DNA of 64,000 nucleotides from Desulfuromonas sp. Lineage in GTDB: Bacteria > Desulfobacterota > Desulfuromonadia > Desulfuromonadales > BM501. The notes beneath the pieces are model-generated. The model searched no databases and was not told the DNA's origin. It saw nothing but the letters and a program-made list of their open reading frames with translations. Each line of letters starts with the position of its first letter. The stretch's first letter is position 1. Where the stretch lies: positions 1,037 to 65,036 of the forward strand of contig NZ_PKUB01000002.1 of assembly GCF_002868845.1 (NCBI RefSeq), in the 5' to 3' direction. Positions 1 to 8,856 of this stretch are shown here, piece by piece. The position numbers and the translations under genes were made by a program.

Positions 1-478
1 ACCCGCAGTTGTTTTCCACCTGGTGGCAGCGGTTGCACCCGAGCTCCCCCATCTCGCTGCTCTGTTTGAGGAAGCGGGCGCACTGAACCTGCGAAACCGG
101 CTCTTCGCTCCCCTTCCGGTGGCAGAACCGGCATTCCGCGGGGTCCCTTTCGGGAAGGTTCCGGGTGCAGCCCCACCCGGCGTGCAGCCCCATGCCGTGG
201 CGGCTGGTCCGGTGCTCCAGCAGGGCCTTGCGGTGGCATTTTCCGCAGACATCGGCGTCTACGGGCGCCTCTCCCGCCTCTATCGCTTTGTGGTCGACGC
301 CGTGGCAGGCCGCGCACCCGACCCGGGCCCCGGCGTGGGCGCTTTCCTCCCACTGGCGCACCGCGGCCGGGGTCTTCTCGCGGTGGCAGGGAAGGCAGTC
401 CTCGGCGGCCAGGCTTTGCCCGAGGGGCAGAAGGGCCGCCGCAACGACCGCAAGCGTCAGGTGGAATAATGTTTTCAA
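1..478 (-). CDS. multihaem c-type cytochrome, N-terminal part (gene runs off the left edge)
   Basis: Absent from the ORF track because it is truncated. My minus-strand translation from TTG at 478 gives a signal peptide (KTLFHLTLAVVAAALLPLGQSLAAED). Five CXXCH motifs follow (CLPCH, CAACH, CGKCH, CRFCH, CNRCH). The TTG overlaps the TGA stop of the upstream gene (TTGA). Confidence 0.75.
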   Translation of the reverse strand, partial: MKTLFHLTLAVVAAALLPLGQSLAAEDCLPCHREKTPAAVRQWEESAHAGARVGCAACHGVDHKAIEAGEAPVDADVCGKCHRKALLEHRTSRHGMGLHAGWGCTRNLPERDPAECRFCHRKGSEEPVSQVQCARFLKQSSEMGELGCNRCHQVENNCG

Positions 479-1617
479 GGCGTCTGCATCCTTTCTTTGC
501 GTTCCAGGTATTCTTCGTGGGAAATCAGGCCCCTGCTTCTCCAGTCGCGCAGGGTCCGCAGGGACTCGGCGGGCCGGAAAGAGCCGGCGTCCCCCGCCCC
601 CTCCAGGCCCTCGGCCAGGAAAAGACGTCCGTTTCTGCGCAAAAGGAGGCGCTCCCCGGAGGGAGCGAAGAAGCCCTGAACCCCTTCGGCCAATGCGGCG
701 ATCTCGGTCCCGTCCCGATAGAGGGTCCCGTCCACGAGGGCGTACCGTTGCGAAGGCGACAGGGCGAGACGCCTTCCGGGCCGGTCGAAGAGCACCAGCT
801 CCCCCCCCTCCCAGGGGTTGTGCAGAAGAGTGCTCGCCACCCCGTCGCCGTAGAGGACGCTTTCGCCGTCCCGGGAGAAAAGCCCGCCCCCCGAGGAGGT
901 GGCCACCTGTGCCAGGATACGCTCTTCGGGGCTGTTCAGCCGGGCGAGAACCAGCTGGAGGGACGCCTGGAGATTCGGCGGGTCGTACAGCCGGGTGTAA
1001 AGGATCTCGTCCCCCCAGGGCGAGAGCCTCAGGTGAAGGTCGGGCAGGCCCTTCTCCCCGGAACGGGACAACGTCGCGGGCCTGACGACCGACTCCCTCA
1101 GGGTGCGGCCTTTCGGAGCGCCGGCGCCGTCCCACAGGTAAAGAATGACCTTCAGGCCGGTGCCGAAACTGAAGGGTGTCGTCGCCTGGCATGCGGCCAC
1201 GACGGTGCCGTCGGGGCTCCAGTGCAGGCCGCCGACACGGCCCTCCAGCGAGGTTTCCCCGACTATCCCTCCGGCCATGGCGTAGACCCGGAGCAGGCTG
1301 CGGCCCCCAGGGGCGTCGAACCCCGCCGCCAGCTTGTCCCCGGAGGGGGACCAGGTGAGGGCGCGGGGACGTCCGGAAGACAGGGGGGTGTCCCCTCCCT
1401 GAAGGTCCCGGACTCCCAGGCCGCCGGAGGCCAGGGCGAGCCTTTGCCCCGAAGGGTCCCAGGCCAGGGGGGAGCCGGGGGCCGACGGGCCGAAGCTCCT
1501 GACGGTCACCCCCGGGGGGAGGGGGTCTGTAAATATCTGCGGGGCGCACCCGGAGAGAAACAAGAGGAAAACCGGCAGCGCAAGGCACTTGAACGTCCGT
1601 AACAGGGTCGGGAACAC
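475..1617 (-). CDS. lipoprotein with TolB-like beta-propeller repeats and a C-terminal SHOCT-like tail
   Basis: Part of ORF 475..1797. GTG at 1617 is preceded by GGAGGTG with an 8-nt spacer and yields MFPTLLRTFKCLALPVFLLFLSGC (lipobox). The body has repeated WSPDG/WDPSG propeller-type motifs. The C-terminus is RSRGLISHEEYLERKERM. Confidence 0.6.
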   Translation of the reverse strand: MFPTLLRTFKCLALPVFLLFLSGCAPQIFTDPLPPGVTVRSFGPSAPGSPLAWDPSGQRLALASGGLGVRDLQGGDTPLSSGRPRALTWSPSGDKLAAGFDAPGGRSLLRVYAMAGGIVGETSLEGRVGGLHWSPDGTVVAACQATTPFSFGTGLKVILYLWDGAGAPKGRTLRESVVRPATLSRSGEKGLPDLHLRLSPWGDEILYTRLYDPPNLQASLQLVLARLNSPEERILAQVATSSGGGLFSRDGESVLYGDGVASTLLHNPWEGGELVLFDRPGRRLALSPSQRYALVDGTLYRDGTEIAALAEGVQGFFAPSGERLLLRRNGRLFLAEGLEGAGDAGSFRPAESLRTLRDWRSRGLISHEEYLERKERMQTP

Positions 1618-1921
1618 TCGAAAGGCACCTCCGGGCCATATGCAGGGAAGGATTCGGAAGGGGCGGCAGGGGATCAAAGCGGGCATGCGAAGTCCCAGGG
1701 GAAATAATACCAATTCCCCGAGGCATTTTCCCGCCCCCTTGACCCGCCCCCGCAACGATGCAACCCCATCTTGCTCACCCCCACGAACCCACACCACTTA
1801 TTCTCATTCTTTTGCCCTGCATGAGTCAATCCTGCGCACAGAGTCGCCCGTTGGAAGGTCGCCGGAGTCACACCCCGGAGCGCCACTTTCCAGAAACCCG
1901 GCCCGCTCCCGGCGATCGCGC

Positions 1922-1958
1922 CAAAAAGCAAGGGCGCAGCCATCCGGCTCCGCCCTTG
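1922..1958 (-). terminator. intrinsic terminator downstream of selU
   Basis: On the minus strand: CAAGGGCG, a 14-nt loop, CGCCCTTG, then CTTTTT. Confidence 0.55.
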
Positions 1959-2141
1959 TCTTCCGTCTACTTTTTCGTCTTCCTCTTCCCGCCGAAAAGA
2001 TCAAGCTGATCGAATCGGTGCCGCTCCACCTTGAAGGGGGGCGGCAGGAAGCGGGGGCACTACAGCAGCAGGGACCCGACCGGCTGCCTGCAACCCCGGA
2101 TACACTTCGCGCAGAGAGGGTTCCAGCCCCCCGTCTTATCG

Positions 2142-3203
2142 TCAGGCTTCATCGCCGCCACCTTCCGCCAGAACCCGGTCGATGGCGGCCCGCAGGCGCG
2201 CCACCCCCTCCTGTTCCGGCTCGATATCGACCTCGATGCGCCGCTGCGGCTTGGTGTGATCGTAGAGAGGATCGTAGTAGAGGACCATGAGATCCCGCAC
2301 CAGCTCCTCCCAGCGCCCCGCCTCCAGCAGGCCGACCAGTCGCTCCACCGTCTCTCCGCCGAGGCGGGCCTTGAGGGCCCGGATGGGGGCGACGAACTGC
2401 TCCTTGAGCCGGTCCTTGGCCGGGTAGTCCTCGAGGATGACCCGGGCCCGGTACTCGAGGGAGGCCTCCACCCAGACCGAGGTCTCCACCTGCAGCGCGG
2501 CGTAGAGCCGCGGCGGCAGCACCACCCGGCCGATATGCCGGCTCTCCCCCTCGGACAGGGCGTAGCCGCCGGGCGGGATCTTCCGCAACTCGTCCCAGAG
2601 GAGGGACTCGAACATCTTCTGGGACGGCTGGGAGGGCAGCCCGAGGGCCCCGAAAGCGCTCCCCCGGTGGTTGGCCAGCCCCTCCAGGTCAAGGACCGGA
2701 TAGCCCTCATCCCGCAGCTGCAGCAGCAGCCGGGTCTTGCCCACCCCGGTCAGCCCCCGCAGCACGACCAGGCGGCCCCACGCTTCCTCCTCGAGGTAGC
2801 GGCGGACATGGGCGCGGAAGGCCTTGTGCCCCCCCTCGAGCTGGCGCGCCGGGATGCCGGCCAGGTCGAGAAAATCGGTCAGGGCGCGGCTGCGCATGCC
2901 GCCGCGCCAGCAGAATACGATCACCGGGGCCCGGGCCCCGCCGAGGGCCGCCTCCACCTGGCGAATCAGCCCGGGGATCTTGGGCGCGACCAGCTCCACC
3001 CCGAGGCGGCGGGCGTCCTTCCGGCCCTGCTCCTTGTAGACGGTGCCGATATGGGCCCGCTCCGCATCGTCGAGCAGCGGCACGTTGACCGCCCCCGGGA
3101 CCGTCGCCGCGGCGAATTCGCCCGGGGAGCGGGCGTCGACGAGAAGGGCGCCCCGCTCGCGCAGGGCGAGAGCGTCATCGATGTTTATGGTGGTAAAAGC
3201 CAT
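2142..3203 (-). CDS. selU: tRNA 2-selenouridine synthase
   Basis: 353 aa. N-terminal rhodanese domain with the CWRGGMRS active-site loop, followed by the P-loop GLTGVGKT. Length and architecture are typical of SelU/MnmH. Confidence 0.88.
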   Translation of the reverse strand: MAFTTINIDDALALRERGALLVDARSPGEFAAATVPGAVNVPLLDDAERAHIGTVYKEQGRKDARRLGVELVAPKIPGLIRQVEAALGGARAPVIVFCWRGGMRSRALTDFLDLAGIPARQLEGGHKAFRAHVRRYLEEEAWGRLVVLRGLTGVGKTRLLLQLRDEGYPVLDLEGLANHRGSAFGALGLPSQPSQKMFESLLWDELRKIPPGGYALSEGESRHIGRVVLPPRLYAALQVETSVWVEASLEYRARVILEDYPAKDRLKEQFVAPIRALKARLGGETVERLVGLLEAGRWEELVRDLMVLYYDPLYDHTKPQRRIEVDIEPEQEGVARLRAAIDRVLAEGGGDEA

Positions 3204-3362
3204 GGCCCTGCCAAAAAACCCCGGAAAAACGACCCATTAAAGACAGCCCGTTTTCTATCAGAAAACACCCTCCGGCACAACAGGGATTTGGTGCTGGGAT
3301 TTGGGACCGGCCTTGCCGGACCGGTGCATCCTCCCCGTTTTGGAATTAAGGACCAGAAAGAG

Positions 3363-3391
3363 TTGACAAAGGTCCCCGGGTTCTGTATTGT
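3363..3391 (+). promoter_or_regulatory. sigma-70-type promoter for tRNA-fMet
   Basis: TTGACA (3363-3368), a 17-nt spacer, TATTGT (3386-3391). It lies 12 nt upstream of the tRNA 5' end. Confidence 0.55.
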
Positions 3392-3403
3392 GCCCGGACT
3401 TGT

Positions 3404-3480
<77 letters not shown>

Positions 3481-3490
3481 AAAAAGCAAA

Positions 3491-3522
3491 GGGACTCGCC
3501 AAACGGCGGGTCCCTTTTTTTT
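3491..3522 (+). terminator. intrinsic terminator after tRNA-fMet
   Basis: 10-bp stem GGGACTCGCC / GGCGGGTCCC with loop AAAC, then T8. Confidence 0.8.
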
Positions 3523-3642
3523 CCTCATGAGACATGTTTCCTTAACACCCTGATATACCTTTCTTTTTTTATTGAAAAAAATTCCCTACCCGAGCTATCA
3601 TGTTCATTGTTGTCTGATTGCCTACATGGGAGATTTAAAAAC

Positions 3643-4158
3643 GTGCCGACCTACCTTCTCTTGCTCGGGCTGCTACTTTTGCCGACGGCAGGGCTGTACG
3701 GGGCGGAGATCGCCCCTTCCGCAAAGAGCGACGCACTGACTCCCCGCCTCGGGGGGAGAGCGGACAACCTGACCCCGAACCTGGCCTCCGCGCAGATGGA
3801 AACGGCCCGGCCCAAGGGCATGACGCCCAAGGTCCGAATCGACTGGGAGCGCGACATCACCTCCGTCTGCTTCAAGACCGGATCGACCATCACCTCCTAC
3901 CTCGGGGCCGGGCTCGGCGCCACCGCCGAGAAGCCCGAACCGGACGTCGTCCTGATTTCGAACGAGGAAGTGGACGAGGAGGCCCTGGCCTACCAGCTGG
4001 GGGTCGGCTTCGACTGCGAGCTGGACAAGGCGACCTCCCTCGCCCTGGGCTACCGCTACAAGACCGATTCCCTGCTGGTGTTCGACATCCCCTCCGACGG
4101 CGGCGACTCCCCCGGAGACGGTCACAACATCTCCCTGGGCCTTAAAGTGGCCTTCTGA
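3643..4158 (+). CDS. secreted protein with an outer-membrane beta-barrel-type C-terminus
   Basis: In-frame GTG at 3643 within ORF 3607..4158 gives the signal peptide MPTYLLLLGLLLLPTAGLYGAEI. It ends ...LALGYRYK...HNISLGLKVAF (terminal aromatic residue). Paralogous C-terminus to 6738..7202. Confidence 0.5.
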   Translation: MPTYLLLLGLLLLPTAGLYGAEIAPSAKSDALTPRLGGRADNLTPNLASAQMETARPKGMTPKVRIDWERDITSVCFKTGSTITSYLGAGLGATAEKPEPDVVLISNEEVDEEALAYQLGVGFDCELDKATSLALGYRYKTDSLLVFDIPSDGGDSPGDGHNISLGLKVAF

Positions 4159-4180
4159 CCCGACGAAACAGCCTCAACCC

Positions 4181-4211
4181 AAAAAGGCTAGCCACTGCGG
4201 CTAGCCTTTTT
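4181..4211. terminator. bidirectional intrinsic terminator between convergent genes
   Basis: AAAAA-GGCTAGCC-ACTGC-GGCTAGCC-TTTTT, with an A-run and a T-run on either side. Confidence 0.75.
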
Positions 4212-4247
4212 ACGTTTTCGACCGGGAATCCGGCGCATGAGCCGCCG

Positions 4248-6353
4248 TCAGTCCGAAAGGCCGCTCGCCCCGGGGCCGAGCGGAACCCGGAAAACAACCC
4301 GAGTCCCTTCCTCCGGCTCGCTCTCGACCCGGATCTTACCGCCGTGGGCCTCGACGATGTGCTTGACGATGCTCATCCCCAGCCCCGTGCCGCCGATGGC
4401 GGTGTTGGAGGCGTCTCCGCGGTAGAATTTCTCGAAGACCCGCTCAACCTGCTCCGGGGTCATGCCGATCCCCTCGTCCTCCACCGTCACCCGGTAAAAT
4501 TCGTTCTCCAGATGCCCGTTCACCCGGACCACGCCTCCCTCCGGGGAGTACTTGGTGGCGTTGCTGAGCAGGTTCTCCAGGACCTGCCCCATGCGGCGCC
4601 GGTCGACCGGCAGCTCCACCGGGTCGGGGGGAAGGTCCAGCTCCAGGCGGTGCCGGGAAGAACGCAGGTCGTAGGGTCCTACGACATCCTTCAGCAGGCG
4701 GGTGAAGTCGCAGGGTTCCCGGTGCAGGTCGAGCCGGCGCCCGCTCTCGATGCGGCTGGTGTCAAGGAGGTCGTCGACGATCTTGGAGAGGGCCTCGGAC
4801 CTCTCGTAGATAAAGGTCAGGCTCTCCCGGCGCAATTCCGGCGCCAGGTCTTCCTGCTCGAGTAGCAGTTCGGCGAAACCGAAGATGGCGGTCAGGGGGG
4901 TCTGCAGCTCGTGGGCCGCGGTGGAGACGAATTCGCTTTTCATGCGCTCCACTTCCCGCTCCCGGGTCACGTCGTTAATGTAGACGACGGTTCCCGACCT
5001 GCCGCCGCCGGCGCCGCGCAATGGAAAGGTGCGGCCCTGGAAAACCGTCCCGTCCCTCTCCCCCTGTCCGGGAAGGGTGAAATCGAACCGTTCTCCCTCC
5101 TCCCCCCGGGCCAGGGTCTTTTCGAGCTGGCTCCGCAGGGCGGTGTCGCCGAGCACCGCGGCCAGGGGGCGGCCCAGGACGAGGGTGCGGGGAACCCCGA
5201 GCAGGTACCCCGCGGCCTCGTTCATGAGGACGATCCTGCCCGCCAGGTCGGCGACGAAGAGGGGGTCGGTCACCGAGCTGAGAATGCCGTCGATCTTGGT
5301 GCGCGCATCCTGGGCCTCGCTGAGGGCCAGGCGCAGGCCCTCCTCGGCGGTCTTGCGGGCGGTGATGTCGACGAAGCTCTCGATGAGGTACTCCTCGTCT
5401 CCGAGCATCATCGGGCGCACCGTCTTGAGCACCGGCAGGGAGCGGCCGTCCGCCGTCAGCAGGACCCGCTCCGAGTTGTCCACCCGGTGCCCCAGGTCGG
5501 TGATCGGGCACTTGCCCTCTTCGGCCGGGCAGACATAGGAATGGCAGGCGCTGCCCCGGATCCGCTCCTCGGACTCGCCGATCATCTCGGCGGCGCTGCG
5601 GTTGACGTCGACGATGACGTGGCGGCGGGCATCGATGACCAGCACCCCGGCGTGAATGCCGTTCAGGATAGCCCGCAGCCGGGCCTTGGCCTCCAGCAGC
5701 TGGCGCTCGGCCCGTTGCTTGTCGGTGATCTCGCTGAAGGCCAGTACAACCCTCTCGACCGCCCCCTCGCCGTCGCGGATCGGGCTGGCCGCGACCTGGA
5801 AGCAGCGGTCCTCGAAGACCCAGTCGTTGCGCTCCTCCGTCTGGCCGCTCTCAATGACCCGTTCGAAAACGCAGACGGGGGGCGGAGAGGAGCCGCCGCA
5901 GATCTTCTCCCGGCAGCTCCAGCCGGTCGTCTCGTCGCCCTCCTCGAGGAAGAGCTGCCGGAACTTGTGATTGTAGGTCAGGGCCCGCCGCCGCCGGTCG
6001 AGCACGAGGATACCGGTCGCGGCGGTGTCGAGAACGGCTCGGGCCTCGTCCCGGGCCGCGCTCATCTGCCGGTTGGCCTCCCGGAGGTGGTCGAGGACCT
6101 GGACGAAGGCGTCGTTGATGATCCCGATGGGGTCGAGGGTCAGGAGGGTCTCGTCGTCCAGCTCTTCCGCCTTCAGCGGAGCCGTCCCGATGGTGGCCAG
6201 AAGCTGGTCGACCTTCTCCCGGATATAGCGGATGTCCTTCCCTTCCCGCTCCCGCAGCTGGGCGTTCTCCCCCTTCAGGCGCTCGATTTCGGCGCGAAGG
6301 GCTGCAGGGTCCTCGTCGATGAGGGTGGGGCACGACATGGTACGGGGGAGCAT
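4248..6353 (-). CDS. multi-PAS sensor histidine kinase
   Basis: 701 aa. N-terminal coiled coil, several PAS-like segments, H-box HELQTPLTAIFGFAELL, and an HATPase_c C-terminus (GGTGLGMSIVKHIVEAHGG). Confidence 0.85.
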   Translation of the reverse strand: MLPRTMSCPTLIDEDPAALRAEIERLKGENAQLREREGKDIRYIREKVDQLLATIGTAPLKAEELDDETLLTLDPIGIINDAFVQVLDHLREANRQMSAARDEARAVLDTAATGILVLDRRRRALTYNHKFRQLFLEEGDETTGWSCREKICGGSSPPPVCVFERVIESGQTEERNDWVFEDRCFQVAASPIRDGEGAVERVVLAFSEITDKQRAERQLLEAKARLRAILNGIHAGVLVIDARRHVIVDVNRSAAEMIGESEERIRGSACHSYVCPAEEGKCPITDLGHRVDNSERVLLTADGRSLPVLKTVRPMMLGDEEYLIESFVDITARKTAEEGLRLALSEAQDARTKIDGILSSVTDPLFVADLAGRIVLMNEAAGYLLGVPRTLVLGRPLAAVLGDTALRSQLEKTLARGEEGERFDFTLPGQGERDGTVFQGRTFPLRGAGGGRSGTVVYINDVTREREVERMKSEFVSTAAHELQTPLTAIFGFAELLLEQEDLAPELRRESLTFIYERSEALSKIVDDLLDTSRIESGRRLDLHREPCDFTRLLKDVVGPYDLRSSRHRLELDLPPDPVELPVDRRRMGQVLENLLSNATKYSPEGGVVRVNGHLENEFYRVTVEDEGIGMTPEQVERVFEKFYRGDASNTAIGGTGLGMSIVKHIVEAHGGKIRVESEPEEGTRVVFRVPLGPGASGLSD

Positions 6354-6737
6354 GGATCACACCTGTATGGAAGAGTGCGTAAAGAAAAGCCGCGGCGGTG
6401 CCCTTTGGAGCATGACGCGCGGATACGTCACGGGACAGATTACACCATTTTCCCCGGCCAGGAAAGTGGATACTGACCGGCGTTTCACTGGTCGGTCCCC
6501 ATCCCGGGGGTGAACCCGTTTCGCCCCTGCCCAGAGCGCTCCGGGTGTCTGGCTATTTCACGGAGTTTCCGGCAGGACGCTCCCCCCCGAGGCGAAACAG
6601 GCGACTCTGCCCACCCCGCGCAGCGCCGGGTCCGGGCGGAAACCGGCGCCCTTGCTGATTCGGCCGGCCGACGACACCGCCGTGGCACGGCTATTGCTCT
6701 GTAAACAAGACAGTGTGACCCTCCCTGGAGACCCTCC

Positions 6738-7202
6738 ATGAAGATGTGTTTCGCCATCCTGCTCTGGTCTATCTTCCTGTCCTCGGGCAGTTCCGTCCTG
6801 GCGATGGAACAACCCGAGTCAGACCGCCACCTTTCCCTTCTCCGCCTGAGCGACGTACTGCTCGAAAACATCTCCCTCGAGTACGACAAGGAACTCCTGC
6901 CCGACACCGTGCCCGATCTCGCCGGCGACCTGCGCCGGCCGGCCGGCGTGATCAAGCTGCGCCGGGAGGCCGAAAGCGTCACCAAGGCCCGCCGCTGGCT
7001 GAACATGGTCAAGACGAGCGCCGTGGGCTGCCTGATCCGAAAACTCCTGCACTGGAGCGACGCCAGCGTCCCCTGCCTCGAAAGCAAATCGACGACCCTC
7101 GCCCTGGGGTACAATCTCCTGCCGGTCTCCGAAAGGCGAAGCGGCTTCCACGCCCCCATCGAAGGACCGAGCATCTCCATCGGCCTCAGGATGGTCTTCT
7201 AG
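6738..7202 (+). CDS. small secreted protein, paralogous C-terminus to 3643..4158
   Basis: 154 aa. Signal peptide MKMCFAILLWSIFLSSGSSVLA. Ends ...TLALGYNLLP...PSISIGLRMVF. Confidence 0.45.
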   Translation: MKMCFAILLWSIFLSSGSSVLAMEQPESDRHLSLLRLSDVLLENISLEYDKELLPDTVPDLAGDLRRPAGVIKLRREAESVTKARRWLNMVKTSAVGCLIRKLLHWSDASVPCLESKSTTLALGYNLLPVSERRSGFHAPIEGPSISIGLRMVF

Positions 7203-7409
7203 ACCTTCCCCCCCTTAGGAACAAATCCCGCACCACCCGTATCAGCCTCCCCTCCGGCGGGATGTTTCGTACACGCCCCCTGCGCCCGCACTCCCTCCCC
7301 CGACAAAAGAGCCGATCCCCCTGCGCCGGACAAAACGGCATCCCTTATGCAACGTCTCCCCCCGTGAACCAATTCGAAACCGGACCGGAACCTATCGAAG
7401 GAGCCATAA

Positions 7410-7973
7410 ATGAAAGTCGCCCTGGTTGTAGACGATGAACCCCTGCTTCGCCGCCAGGTGGCGGAAACCCTCGTCAATTACGGCTTTGACGAGATCCTCG
7501 AGGCGGAAAACGGCAGCCAGGCGGTCGATATCGCCCTGAGCCGCAAACCCCTGCTGATCGTCATGGATGTCTCCATGCCTGTTCTGGACGGCATCAAGGC
7601 TGCCGAAAAAATAGGCAAAAAGGCCCCGACCCCGATCGTCCTCCTGACCGGCACAACCGACCCGGAGACGATCGAGAGGGCCCGCCTGGCCGGGGTCATG
7701 AGCTACGTGGTCAAGCCCTTCCGGGACGAGCAGCTCTACCCGGCGGTCGACCTCGCCATCCACCACTTCGTAGAAGTCTCCACCCTGCGCGACGAGGTGG
7801 CCGCCCTCAAGGAGACGCTGGAGACCCGCAAGACGGTGGAGCGGGCCAAGGCGGCCCTGATCAGGAAAGGGCTCAGCGAGCCGGAGGCCTACCGCAAGAT
7901 TCAGAAGATCGCCATGGACAAACGCAAGAGTCTCAAAGAGGTGGCCGAAGCGATCCTCCTCATGGAGGGGTAG
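7410..7973 (+). CDS. response regulator with ANTAR RNA-binding output domain (GnfR/AmiR/EutV-type)
   Basis: 187 aa. REC domain (VVDDEP...MDVSMP...VVKPF) followed by an ANTAR-type helical domain (ETRKTVERAKAALIRKGLSEPEAYRKIQKIAMDKRKSLKEVAEAIL). RBS GAAGGAG lies upstream. Confidence 0.9.
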   Translation: MKVALVVDDEPLLRRQVAETLVNYGFDEILEAENGSQAVDIALSRKPLLIVMDVSMPVLDGIKAAEKIGKKAPTPIVLLTGTTDPETIERARLAGVMSYVVKPFRDEQLYPAVDLAIHHFVEVSTLRDEVAALKETLETRKTVERAKAALIRKGLSEPEAYRKIQKIAMDKRKSLKEVAEAILLMEG

Positions 7974-7981
7974 CGGCGGCC

Positions 7982-8776
7982 ATGGAAGCGACCCCCCTCA
8001 ACCTGTGCAACCTCCCGCCGTGGGCCATCGCTTCCCGCCATTTCAACCGTCACCCGAAGCCGTTGGAGATCCAGGGAGTGCGCCGCGCCAACCGCCTCCT
8101 CTTCGAGCGGCTGGACCTCCTGGAGTCGACTGCCGAACGGGGCGCCCTGTTCCACGACTACATGGACGTCACCTTCCAGCTGCACCAGTGGGAGAGCCAG
8201 GAGACCGCCCGGGGGCGCAAGAGCCTCAAGAACAGCTACCTGCGCTTTCTGCGCGGTTGGATGTTCGACAGCAACGCGCTGGAGGGGGCGGTCCTCAAGG
8301 GATGGGTCGAAAGCCGCCTGGGACTGCACCCCTCCTTTCACCGCGAGCCGATCGAGGACATCCACTCGGAGGCCTACTTCCTCTACACCGTCGACCGGAT
8401 GAAGGGGGCGGCCCGCACCAGCGCCCTCGACGCCCAGTTCGACGTGCTCTACGAATTCACCCAGTACGAACTGCAGCGACGCCATCCGGGGGAGACCCAC
8501 TTCACCCTATACCGGGGCATCAACGACTTCGACGAGCAGCGCATCCTCGAGACGTTCGGCAAGAACCGGCACCTGGTGCGCCTCAACAACCTCGCCTCCT
8601 TCACCACCGACTTCGAGCGGGCCTGGGAATTCGGCAGCCGGGTCCTGGAGACGGAGGTCCCCCTGCCCAAGATCTTCTTCCGGGGCGACCTCCTCCCCTC
8701 CTCCCTGCTCAAGGGGGAGGGGGAGGTCATGGTCTTCGGCGGGGAGTACGAGGTCAAGGTGCTGATCGGGGGGTAG
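7982..8776 (+). CDS. draT: NAD+--dinitrogen-reductase ADP-D-ribosyltransferase
   Basis: 264 aa. Matches my memory of DraT signatures: FNRHPKPLEIQGVR near the N-terminus and SYLRFLRGWMFDSNALEGAVLKGWVESRLGLHPSFH. Sits directly upstream of draG. Confidence 0.8.
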   Translation: MEATPLNLCNLPPWAIASRHFNRHPKPLEIQGVRRANRLLFERLDLLESTAERGALFHDYMDVTFQLHQWESQETARGRKSLKNSYLRFLRGWMFDSNALEGAVLKGWVESRLGLHPSFHREPIEDIHSEAYFLYTVDRMKGAARTSALDAQFDVLYEFTQYELQRRHPGETHFTLYRGINDFDEQRILETFGKNRHLVRLNNLASFTTDFERAWEFGSRVLETEVPLPKIFFRGDLLPSSLLKGEGEVMVFGGEYEVKVLIGG

Positions 8777-8856
8777 GGGCAGCTATCAGCCTCCTACTGA
8801 CTACTGACTCCGGCAAGTCAACTTCGGACCCTGGTTGAAGGGCCAGACAAGACACC

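Noticed and set aside
7216-7231. AGGAAC-N5-CCCGCA upstream of the ANTAR regulator gene as a sigma-54 promoter
   Set aside because: GG/GC spacing fits, but both half-sites deviate strongly from TGGCAC/TTGCA. Too weak to call.
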